Positions 1-8,173 of a stretch of DNA of 41,593 nt are shown piece by piece (within the stretch, counting starts at the first letter, position 1; each line of letters opens with the position of its first letter). Below the pieces are notes generated by a model. The model made no database searches and was not told where the DNA came from. It worked only from the letters and a program-made list of their open reading frames with translations. The stretch spans positions 1 to 41,593 of the forward strand of contig DAIOEN010000040.1 in assembly GCA_036746235.1 (NCBI GenBank), given 5' to 3'. The position numbers and the translations under genes are program-made. The DNA is from Vulcanimicrobiota bacterium. Lineage in GTDB: Bacteria; Vulcanimicrobiota; SpSt-956; JAKJGF01.

Positions 1-987
1 GGAGTCTTTTACCTGCCCATGTTGCATAGGCTTTTGCATCATTCCATGTAACATGTACTACAGGATGATCCATTTTCCCCTTTACAGAACTTCCGGGGCC
101 GAGAGGATGAGACCAGTCGGCACCTGAAACCTGTTTCCATTCGGCACCTTCCCATAAAACTGAGAAACCTTCTCTTTCGGCATCTGTCTTATAGCCGGTA
201 GAGTCAACAAATTTCTTAAATTTTTCATTTGTCACTTCACATTTATCTATATAAAATCCTTTCACATATATTTCATGGGCAGGTAATTCATCTGTAAACC
301 AGTTTCGTTCAACTTCTGTCCATCCTGCATCTTTCGACATATTGACTGCGTTCTGAATGTCTTTCTCACTGCTCCCCATAGTAAATTTACCGGCACCTAT
401 AAAAATCATATCGTCTGATTGTACCGGCGAAGGTGTTGGTTTTGGCGTAATCTTCTCTGGAGGCGATGGCTGCGGAGTAGAAGGAGGATGACCTGCATCA
501 AGTTCTTTTTCATAGGATTTTTTTACATCTCCTGCACTTATACTTATAAGTTTTTCAAGGGTTTTTTTATATTTTTCCATTTCCTTTTTACCGTAAAAGA
601 TTCCCTTTGCCTGGCCAAGCCATTTAATTGCCTGGTCAGTTTTTTTCATAGCTACATAGCAACTTCCTATATTATAGCAGACCTCACCCCAGCCTGGCTG
701 AAGTTCAAGGGCTTTTTTGTAATTCTTTATGGCCATTTCGTAACTGCTAAGAGCATGATAGGCTTTCCCCATTTGATAATAGGCCTGGCTGCAGGAAGGA
801 TCCTTTTTTATCGCCTTCTCAAGCCTGGAAATAGCATCATCATAAAGTCCTTTTTTTATGAGACCTTCCGCTTCATTTACAATCTTCTGGACTTCAGGCG
901 AAGTCTGAGCTTTTGTAAGATAAAAGCCTGAGAAAGATATTATCAGTAATATAAAAACAGTTATTTTAATAAATTTCATAATTTTCA
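1..987 (-). CDS. Secreted TPR-repeat protein with C-terminal formylglycine-generating-enzyme (FGE/sulfatase-modifying-factor-like) domain; 3' end lies outside the window
   Basis: Reverse-strand translation from ATG (977-979 or 985-987) is open to position 1: MK(IMK)FIKITVFILLIISFSGFYL (signal-like), TPR-like repeats (AYYQMGKAYHALSSYEMAIKNYKKALELQP), a Pro-rich linker, then ...DHPVVHVTWNDAKAYATWAGKRL, a classic FGE-family motif. The + strand ORF 419..931 in the track is antisense to this gene. Confidence 0.7.
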
Positions 988-1189
988 TGACCCGTGATGG
1001 TTGGTTTCGTAATGCGTGACCCGTGACGCGTAAAATTCACCACTCACCACTCACCTCTCACTAATTTATTTACTATAAAGCAAATTTATGATATATATAT
1101 AATAATATAACAGCGTTAGAAAAAAGTCGATAAGTTTTTATAAAAAATTCGGAATATACAGGATTAACCTTATACGGAGGTTCTAAAGA

Positions 1190-1867
1190 ATGAAAATTAT
1201 TCTTATAGATGATGATGAAAAACTTCTAAACCTTCTGGATGAATATCTTTCAACAAATGAAATGGAAATTTACAAAGCAAATTCAGGCATTAAAGGTCTT
1301 GAGATGATTAAAAAAGAAAAATTCGATATTGCAGTTCTGGATGTTATGATGCCGGGTCTTGACGGTATTGAGACTTTAAAGGAAATAATGAAGTCTCACA
1401 GTTATCTCCCTGTTATTATGCTGACGGCAAGAGGTGATGAAGCGGACAGGATAGTAGGTCTGGAAGTGGGAGCAGATGATTATATGGTAAAACCTTTCAG
1501 TCCCAGAGAATTACTGGCAAGAATAAAGGCTGTTACAAGAAGGAATAAAAAAGTTAATAGAGACAAAGAAATTACACATGATTTAATAGAACTGGATATA
1601 AATAAAAGAGAAGCCATATTCAACGGAAAGCCTGTGGAATTAACAGGCGCAGAATTCGACATACTCACTATTCTGGTTCAAAATAAAGGTATTGTCCTAT
1701 CAAGAGACAGAATAATGGACCTTGCAAGAGGCAAAGATTTTATGGCTTTTGATCGTTCTATAGATGTACATATAAGCCACTTAAGGCAGAAGCTTGAAAA
1801 AGATCCGAAAAATCCTGAAATTATAAAAACTATCTGGGGTATAGGTTATCTTTACAGCGGAGAATAA
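1190..1867 (+). CDS. OmpR-family two-component response regulator (receiver + winged-helix DNA-binding domain)
   Basis: Receiver motifs (LIDDDE, VLDVMMPGLDG, MLTARGDE); C-terminal winged-helix (LTGAEFDILTIL...IKTIWGIGY); GGAGG SD about 8 nt upstream. Confidence 0.85.
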   Translation: MKIILIDDDEKLLNLLDEYLSTNEMEIYKANSGIKGLEMIKKEKFDIAVLDVMMPGLDGIETLKEIMKSHSYLPVIMLTARGDEADRIVGLEVGADDYMVKPFSPRELLARIKAVTRRNKKVNRDKEITHDLIELDINKREAIFNGKPVELTGAEFDILTILVQNKGIVLSRDRIMDLARGKDFMAFDRSIDVHISHLRQKLEKDPKNPEIIKTIWGIGYLYSGE

Positions 1868-1869
1868 AT

Positions 1870-3219
1870 ATGAAAATCTCACGTTTATATATAAAACTCT
1901 ACTTTTATTTTCTGGCTGTATTACTCATTATACTCGTAATAATTCCTGTTATATTTTTCTTTTCCGTAGAAAAACCTCATAAAAATCTCTTTGAAAAAAG
2001 GATGTTTCTTTTTACTTCCATAGTGGCAGATTCCCTGTTTGAAAAAGATTTAAAGAAAGCGGTCAATCATATGGCAGAAGAAACAAAATCAGAGATAACA
2101 ATTTATGACCCTCATGGTAAAGTAATGATAAGTTCATCGGAGAAAACAGAAAATCTGACGGAAGAATTGATGAAAAAAGTAGAAAAACGTGGTTTTTACA
2201 GAGAAATATCCGGAAAAAAGAAGGGAATTTTTTTTCTTACTGCTGTTAAGAAACCTGACGGTCATTATATATCAATTTATGCAGAAGGAGATGATGACAG
2301 GAGACATCATTTTTTCCTGTGGGTTATTTCTTTATGTATCTTAATTTCTCTGTTAATATATCCCATGGCAATGCATATAACAAGACCCCTTGAAAGAATA
2401 ACGGAAAAGGCAATAAAATTCTCCAGGGGAGATTTCAGCGTTTTTGAAGGACATAATAAAAAACAGAATGGAGACGAAATTGCAAGACTCGATAATGCTT
2501 TCAACCACATGGCACAGGAGCTTATAGCCATGATAGAAACAAAAAAAGAACTTATGTCCGACATATCTCATGAACTGGGCTCCCCTCTCGCAAGAATGAA
2601 GGTTGCCCTGGAAATCATACAGGATAAAATAGAAAAAAATAAAATTCCTTCTATGGAAAATATAAAAAATCTATCCGATGATATAGATGAAATGACGGTT
2701 CTGGTAAAAGAATTGCTTGAATTCTCAAAGATGGATCTGAAAAATTATACATTGAACTTAAAACCTGTAAACATAGAAGAAATGGTTTCCATTTCCATGA
2801 AAAATTTCGAGAACCTGGCCTCTAAAAGAAATATCACAATGGAACTAAAAAAAGAAGGAGAAAACCATGAAATATCGGGAGATAGCGAAAAAATAAGCAG
2901 GGTTATTACAAATCTACTGTCAAATGCCATTAAATATTCTCCTGAGAGTGGTAAAATCACAGTAATCCTGAAAGGTGAAAAGGAATTTTATTCTCTTTCC
3001 GTAATAGATGAAGGGCCCGGCATAGGAGAAGAAAACAGTGAAAAAATATTCGAACCTTTTTTCAGAGAAGACCCGTCGAGAACAAGAGAAACAGGAGGAA
3101 CAGGACTGGGCCTTGCTATTGCTAAAAAGATAGTGGATCTGCACAGGGGAAAAATATGGGTGGAAAACCCGGGGAAAGAAGGAGCAATTATAACATTTAT
3201 CGTGACCCGTGACGCGTAA
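1870..3219 (+). CDS. Membrane sensor histidine kinase (HAMP-HisKA-HATPase_c), cognate to the upstream OmpR-type regulator
   Basis: N-terminal TM segment, second TM, H-box SHELGSPL, ATPase boxes (NAIKYS, DEGPGIG, GGTGLGLAI); start 3 nt after the RR stop. Confidence 0.85.
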   Translation: MKISRLYIKLYFYFLAVLLIILVIIPVIFFFSVEKPHKNLFEKRMFLFTSIVADSLFEKDLKKAVNHMAEETKSEITIYDPHGKVMISSSEKTENLTEELMKKVEKRGFYREISGKKKGIFFLTAVKKPDGHYISIYAEGDDDRRHHFFLWVISLCILISLLIYPMAMHITRPLERITEKAIKFSRGDFSVFEGHNKKQNGDEIARLDNAFNHMAQELIAMIETKKELMSDISHELGSPLARMKVALEIIQDKIEKNKIPSMENIKNLSDDIDEMTVLVKELLEFSKMDLKNYTLNLKPVNIEEMVSISMKNFENLASKRNITMELKKEGENHEISGDSEKISRVITNLLSNAIKYSPESGKITVILKGEKEFYSLSVIDEGPGIGEENSEKIFEPFFREDPSRTRETGGTGLGLAIAKKIVDLHRGKIWVENPGKEGAIITFIVTRDA

Positions 3220-3353
3220 GGGGAGAAAATCTGCAATACTCAGAATAATTTTCAAATTTCAAAAAAAATTATTATAAATACTATAAAATTAAAAAGGATT
3301 TTTCCATATTTGTAGAATAAAAAAATATATATGACGGGTACCAGGAGGAATTT

Positions 3354-3749
3354 ATGGATAAGAAAAAAAAGAAAAAACTTATACTAATAGTAGATGATGA
3401 CGAACATATAAACAAGGTTTTAAAACTCACCCTTGAAACCGAAGGTTATGATGTTATGTCTGCCATGAGTGCGGAAGAAGCTTTCGGTTATATTGCCTTT
3501 AGAAAACCTGATTTAATTATCTGTGATATAATGATGCCGGAAAAAGACGGTCATGCCTTTCTGAAAGAATTGAGAGAAAACCCTGAAAATAGCGATATAA
3601 TAGTTATAATGCTTACTGCTCTGAGTGATTTTGAGAATATAAGAAAAACTGTTTCTGCAGGGGTTTATGATTATCTGACAAAACCAATAGAAGCTCCCAA
3701 GTTAATAGGTATTGTGAGAAACGCCTTCAATGAATTCTACCAGTGGTGA
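3354..3749 (+). CDS. Stand-alone CheY-like receiver-domain response regulator
   Basis: LILIVDDDE..., ICDIMMPEKDG, IVIMLTA, K in LTKP; 131 aa with no output domain; AGGAGG SD upstream. Confidence 0.8.
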   Translation: MDKKKKKKLILIVDDDEHINKVLKLTLETEGYDVMSAMSAEEAFGYIAFRKPDLIICDIMMPEKDGHAFLKELRENPENSDIIVIMLTALSDFENIRKTVSAGVYDYLTKPIEAPKLIGIVRNAFNEFYQW

Positions 3750-3751
3750 TT

Positions 3752-3780
3752 GTAGAGACGCCCCAATGGGGCGTCTCTAC
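3752..3780. terminator. Bidirectional GC-rich hairpin between convergent genes
   Basis: gtagagacgcccc-aat-ggggcgtctctac: 13-bp perfect stem with 3-nt loop, 3 nt after the 3354..3749 stop and 12 nt after the 3792..5783 stop. Confidence 0.6.
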
Positions 3781-3791
3781 CCGTCAAAAAA

Positions 3792-5783
3792 CTAATTTTC
3801 ACCTAATTTGCCTGACATATAGGCCTGTATCTCTGACAATATAGTAGATCTCCAGTAATAACCGAGTGCTTCAATCTGTTCTTCAGAATTTCCCTGTCTT
3901 AAAAGAGATGCATTTTCATAATAACATATTGGCAGAACAGAATTTTCTTCTCCATTAAGCTGTATAAGAGACAGAGCCCTTTTATCCGCAAAGTTCAACA
4001 TATTTGCAAGAGCTCTTTCGTTCTTTATAGATACAACCTGTGTATAGTTTTTATCAAACTGGGGATCAAGGGAATAAAATTTTGCTATTAACTGTGCAGA
4101 TAATGTATAGGTAGACGAAGCTTCTCCTATAATCATAGGGGCAGATTCAGCCGTTTCCGAAAATTCCTTTTTCATTAATTCAACACCATAGGTACTTGCA
4201 AATGCCATCATATATCTGTTATCAAGCTTCATAAAATTATATTTCATAACATCCGAATGGACACCTGCAGATTTTGCATATTCATCTACAATAGTGCTTT
4301 CAAAATAAGACATATTTGCCTTTGCCGCTCCTGCCATTATTTCTCCCAGTTTTACAAGGTCATCATTATTTACAGTGGCAGGGCTTCCGAAATCTTTGGC
4401 AATATCGAGACAATCCTTTGCAATGGTAAGTAAAGCGCTGGCACAGCAATAATAATACCCTACATAATACAGTTCTTCCATAAGCTGAGATTCGTCATAA
4501 GAACTGATATTTTTCTGTATTGTACTGATTTTATCATCTGCAAGCAGAATGAATCCTTCTGCCATTGTGAGTTTACTGTAGGCTTCGAATAATGCCACAT
4601 AATCACTGGTAGATTCAACATCTTCTGCTTTAAGATTATCCATAGCCGCACTTAACTCGGTTTTAACAGATTCCTTGCTTTCAAGATAGGATATGGCACC
4701 GTCAAAACCGCTGTTCTGATAGCGCTGTATCATATTCATGGCAAGCACTATGGCATCCATTTGAACTGTAGCGCCTGTTGCCCTGTCATAGGCTACACTG
4801 GCCATACCCTGTGAAAGGGCATTATCGGCTTTCTGAGCCAGCTGATCAACCATACCGGCAAAACCGCTGAAATAGGTCTGATAGTCTTTAGGAAAAGATT
4901 TATACTCACCTTTTAACTTTTTGTATCTGCTGTACCATTCCTTTGCTCTTCCTTTAAATCTGTCGAAGGCTTTTGACGGCAGTTGAGGAGGCGTATCGGA
5001 AACTTCCATTTGAGGGAGACTGTCTCCTGTAAGAAGTTTATATGCTTCATATACATTGGAAACTTCCTTTACTTCCAGACCGAGTTTCTTCCCTTTCTCT
5101 ATTACATCGACAGATGCTTTTGTAGCCATATCAACTGAATATCTCTGTCCTGCAGGAATAAGAACAAGGGTTTTTCCTTTTTTCTGAGCACCGTAAAGTT
5201 TCTGAGGTATACCTCCTACAGGGCCTATTGTGCCATCAGGATTAATGGTTCCTGTCATAGTGGCATCTTCTCTTACCTGCTGCCCGCGGAGAGCGGCAAG
5301 AGTACCTACTGTCATAAGACAGCCGGCACTGGGGCCGTCAATTCTGCCTCCTGTATCGAAAGAAAATTCATAATCTGTGGCATCTTTACCAAGGAGCATG
5401 TTTGCAAGGACGACTGCCATCCAGCCCGATGAGCGCCACATATCCCCTGTTCCTCCCGCTTCACTTTCACCGAAGGAAACCTTCATCTTTTCACTGGTTT
5501 TCTTCTCTGCTTTTATTACAACCTCGCTGGAACCTCCGCTGGGAGGATCTCCGCCTAAATAATAAAGAGCATCTATTTTTACCTCTTTTTCTTCCCCTGT
5601 GTCGGGAATTGCCGGTGTTACTTCACCGGCGGAAGGGGTTTTTTGAGCTACATCCGTTCCGGGAGTCACATTACCTGATGGGGTCTGCTGTAGTAATTTA
5701 TTGCATGGAGGACAGCAGCAGGAAGAAAATAGTAGTATAGAAATAATTACTGAAATTGCAAGTATCCCTGTTGTTTTTTTCAT
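3792..5783 (-). CDS. Lipoprotein with N-terminal Lon-like S16 serine peptidase domain and long C-terminal helical domain
   Basis: Lipobox signal (MKKTTGILAISVIISILLFSSC); Lon proteolytic-domain signatures (RIDGPSAG, MTGTINPDGTIGPVGGIPQKL, KTLVLIP); no AAA+ module; AAGGAGG SD. Confidence 0.75.
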   Translation of the reverse strand: MKKTTGILAISVIISILLFSSCCCPPCNKLLQQTPSGNVTPGTDVAQKTPSAGEVTPAIPDTGEEKEVKIDALYYLGGDPPSGGSSEVVIKAEKKTSEKMKVSFGESEAGGTGDMWRSSGWMAVVLANMLLGKDATDYEFSFDTGGRIDGPSAGCLMTVGTLAALRGQQVREDATMTGTINPDGTIGPVGGIPQKLYGAQKKGKTLVLIPAGQRYSVDMATKASVDVIEKGKKLGLEVKEVSNVYEAYKLLTGDSLPQMEVSDTPPQLPSKAFDRFKGRAKEWYSRYKKLKGEYKSFPKDYQTYFSGFAGMVDQLAQKADNALSQGMASVAYDRATGATVQMDAIVLAMNMIQRYQNSGFDGAISYLESKESVKTELSAAMDNLKAEDVESTSDYVALFEAYSKLTMAEGFILLADDKISTIQKNISSYDESQLMEELYYVGYYYCCASALLTIAKDCLDIAKDFGSPATVNNDDLVKLGEIMAGAAKANMSYFESTIVDEYAKSAGVHSDVMKYNFMKLDNRYMMAFASTYGVELMKKEFSETAESAPMIIGEASSTYTLSAQLIAKFYSLDPQFDKNYTQVVSIKNERALANMLNFADKRALSLIQLNGEENSVLPICYYENASLLRQGNSEEQIEALGYYWRSTILSEIQAYMSGKLGEN

Positions 5784-5806
5784 TGTAATAACCTCCTTAA
5801 AAAAAT

Positions 5807-5839
5807 CGTTACGCGTTACGCGTTACGCGTTACGCGAGG
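5807..5839. repeat. Tandem heptamer array (CGTTACG)x4 ending in CGAGGC, in the 5' leader of the S16 lipoprotein gene
   Basis: Four perfect 7-bp units, directly visible; 23 nt from the start codon and adjacent to the SD. Confidence 0.9.
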
Positions 5840-5950
5840 CAAAACCTGAGATGTCAGAGAGAAAACATTCCCGGCGATACTTCCTGACAGATTATATTAC
5901 GGGCTTCCAGATATAAATTCTTCTAAAATCTATAAATTTCCTACATAAAT

Positions 5951-6026
5951 ATAAATTATTTAGATAAATTGCTTCTACTCATTTCCATCTAAAGCCTTAT
6001 TTTACGCTATTAAAAACGAAAATTCC
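5951..6026. promoter_or_regulatory. Copy A of a ~76-80 bp conserved intergenic element (copy B at 29513..29590)
   Basis: ataaattatttagataaAttgcttctac...catctaa..cttattttaCGCTattaaaaaCgaaaattcct aligns at about 85% identity with 29513-29590; both copies are on the + strand and 170-260 bp upstream of minus-strand genes (S16 lipoprotein, MVP). Confidence 0.5.
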
Positions 6027-6038
6027 TATACCAAAAAT

Positions 6039-6443
6039 TTATTTTTTTCCGCCTATGATACGGGAAATTTTTGTTTCCAGAAGAAGTGGAAATTCCGTAA
6101 AAAGCCTGTCATTCAGATATGCCTGAAACCATACAAGTCCCGGTCTGTAAAGAGGAAAATTCTTTAAAGGCGATAAAAATCTCTTAACGGCAAACTGCTG
6201 ATCACAGTGAAAATTCCTCTTTAAAATCTCAAAATAAAGCTGATCCTTCTGGGCTGTAAGTATTTTTATCTCTTCTTTATAATCACCTTCAGGAACTACC
6301 CATTCTGTAACTATACAGAAAGAAATATTCGAAGGATATGTCACAGCTTTGATTTTATTAAATATACCGCTCAATACAGGTCTTTCTGACATATCTTTGC
6401 CTATGGCATCACATAACATAAATGATTTTATAAACACTTCCAA
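6039..6443 (-). CDS. Hypothetical protein (134 aa); TTG start with strong SD
   Basis: The ORF starts at TTG preceded by TTAAGGAG at about 7-nt spacing; no recognisable motifs; an internal ATG (6417-6419) lacks an SD. A heptamer repeat array abuts the SD. Confidence 0.45.
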   Translation of the reverse strand: MEVFIKSFMLCDAIGKDMSERPVLSGIFNKIKAVTYPSNISFCIVTEWVVPEGDYKEEIKILTAQKDQLYFEILKRNFHCDQQFAVKRFLSPLKNFPLYRPGLVWFQAYLNDRLFTEFPLLLETKISRIIGGKK

Positions 6444-6462
6444 TACAGCTGACTCCTTAAAT

Positions 6463-6495
6463 CGTAACGCGTGACGCGTGACGCGTGGCGCGAGG
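6463..6495. repeat. Tandem heptamers CGTAACG-CGTGACG-CGTGACG-CGTGGCG ending in CGAGG
   Basis: Direct reading; same family and same terminal CGCGAGG as 5807-5839 and 20928-20952. Confidence 0.85.
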
Positions 6496-6575
6496 ATCGT
6501 TTATTATGAACAAAAATATAATATTGATTTATTCTATAAATATAAAAAAAATCCTACATAAGAGTTATCTTTACA

Positions 6576-6603
6576 GTGAACAGTTACCAGTGAACAGTTA
6601 CCA
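6576..6603. repeat. 14-bp perfect direct repeat x2 (GTGAACAGTTACCA) upstream of the HD-domain gene
   Basis: gtgaacagttacca gtgaacagttacca, about 140 bp upstream of the 6745 start; possible operator. Confidence 0.55.
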
Positions 6604-6744
6604 GGGAATGTATAAAATTACGTTTCACGTGTCATGTCCAACGCATCACGCATTACGCGTCATCCATCGCCCGCCACGCCGGTACAGTGTCATAAAAAAT
6701 TAAAAATGCAGGAAATTCAGGAGAAATTTAGAAATCTATTTATT

Positions 6745-8067
6745 ATGAAACAAAAAGTTATCAATGATCCTGTTCATGGATTTATACTTATAGATCCTCC
6801 GTTAATTCTGGAATTAATGGACAGCTATACCTTTCAGAGACTCAGAAGGATAAGACAGTTAGGAACTACCTTTATTACATATCCCGGGGCAGAACATACA
6901 AGGTTTGCCCATTCAATAGGTGTTTTTTATCTTGCCACAAAGATAATATCACACCTGTTAAATCTTTCGGGAAATCCTTTTTCTCATTTAAACAGAGAAG
7001 AAAAAGAAAGACTTCACCTGCTGGTTCAGGTAGCAGGTCTGCTCCATGATATAGGCCACGGCCCTCTTTCCCATGTATTTGAACGTATTTCCGGTCTCCC
7101 CCATGAAGAATGGACAAAAAAAATCATACTCGGCGATGAAAATTGTGATGAAATCCATACTATACTTACAGGAAAAAATAATCCTTTCGGTACAGATTTT
7201 CCTTCAGATCTTCTGGCAATACTCAATAATAAGTATATAGATCCGAAGGAAGGATACCTGTCATGTGTAAATCCCATCATATCAAGCCAGTTAGATGCAG
7301 ACAGACTCGATTATCTTCAGAGAGATGCCTACTATACGGGAGTAAGATCGGGTTTTATAGATGCAGACAGGATAATCTATACACTTGATCTTTATAAATC
7401 GGAAGAAGACGGCAAAATAAAAGAAAAAATCGTAGTATGGGATAAAAGCTTTTATAATGTGGAAGAATATATTTTTTCCAGATATTATATGTACTGGAAG
7501 GTCTATCACCACAGGACTACAAGATTTTTCGATTTGCTCTTTATGAATATAGTAAAAAGACTTAAAGAGAGTAAAGAACCTGATGATTTAAATATTGCCT
7601 CTAAAAATCTTTTAAACATACTCATAAAACCTTCTCCGTCTCTCCAGGACTGGCTTATGCTTGACGAATCCGATTTACTTTATTCAATCAAAATGTGGGC
7701 TTTCAACGGTAAGGATGCAATACTGAAAGATCTATGCGAAAGATTCATAAAAAGAAAGGTTTTTAAATCTATTCCCGATTCTTTTATAGTGAATGAAGAA
7801 AAAATAGAAGAAGTAAAATCTTTCCTTCTCGGGAAAGGTCTATCACCTGAATATTATTTCCTTCAGGATACGGCGTCTAAAGTGGCATATGATTTTTATA
7901 CGGAAGAACATGAACGTATCTATATAATGGACAAATATACCCATAAACCATGCCCCATATCAGACTTATCCGATAAAGTAAGAACACTGGCAAAGAAAAA
8001 TATAGAAAAAAGATTCTATGTACATCCCGATTTTCATGAACATATTCTTAAAATCTTAAAAGTTTAA
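6745..8067 (+). CDS. HD-domain phosphohydrolase of the dNTP triphosphohydrolase (dGTPase/SAMHD1-like) family
   Basis: HD motif LLHDIGHGPLSH, metal-binding H in FAHSIGV, and the characteristic DADRLDYLQRD motif. The ORF is open from 6634, but MKQKVINDPVHGF at 6745 is the likely start; the upstream part translates through repeat DNA. Confidence 0.75.
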   Translation: MKQKVINDPVHGFILIDPPLILELMDSYTFQRLRRIRQLGTTFITYPGAEHTRFAHSIGVFYLATKIISHLLNLSGNPFSHLNREEKERLHLLVQVAGLLHDIGHGPLSHVFERISGLPHEEWTKKIILGDENCDEIHTILTGKNNPFGTDFPSDLLAILNNKYIDPKEGYLSCVNPIISSQLDADRLDYLQRDAYYTGVRSGFIDADRIIYTLDLYKSEEDGKIKEKIVVWDKSFYNVEEYIFSRYYMYWKVYHHRTTRFFDLLFMNIVKRLKESKEPDDLNIASKNLLNILIKPSPSLQDWLMLDESDLLYSIKMWAFNGKDAILKDLCERFIKRKVFKSIPDSFIVNEEKIEEVKSFLLGKGLSPEYYFLQDTASKVAYDFYTEEHERIYIMDKYTHKPCPISDLSDKVRTLAKKNIEKRFYVHPDFHEHILKILKV

Positions 8068-8173
8068 AATTACCGGAGTGTAAACCTGTGTTAGAGCCTT
8101 ATAGAAACAAAAGATCTTACAATTTCGTTAAAAACCCTCGCGTCACGTGTGACGCGTCACGGGTCACGATTTT

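Noticed and set aside
419-931. Plus-strand 170-aa ORF
   Set aside because: It is antisense to the TPR/FGE-like gene, which has clear domain motifs on the minus strand. The product is low-complexity with no SD.
2307-3255. Several 70-110-aa minus-strand ORFs inside the histidine kinase gene (and similar small antisense ORFs inside the PFOR, MVP, helicase and STK genes)
   Set aside because: All are fully embedded antisense or out of frame within long ORFs that have strong domain evidence. They lack SDs and have biased, low-complexity composition.
5807-5839. Possible CRISPR array (regular short repeats)
   Set aside because: The units are 7 bp, directly tandem with no spacers, and no cas genes are present. 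These are STRR-like tandem repeats, not CRISPR.
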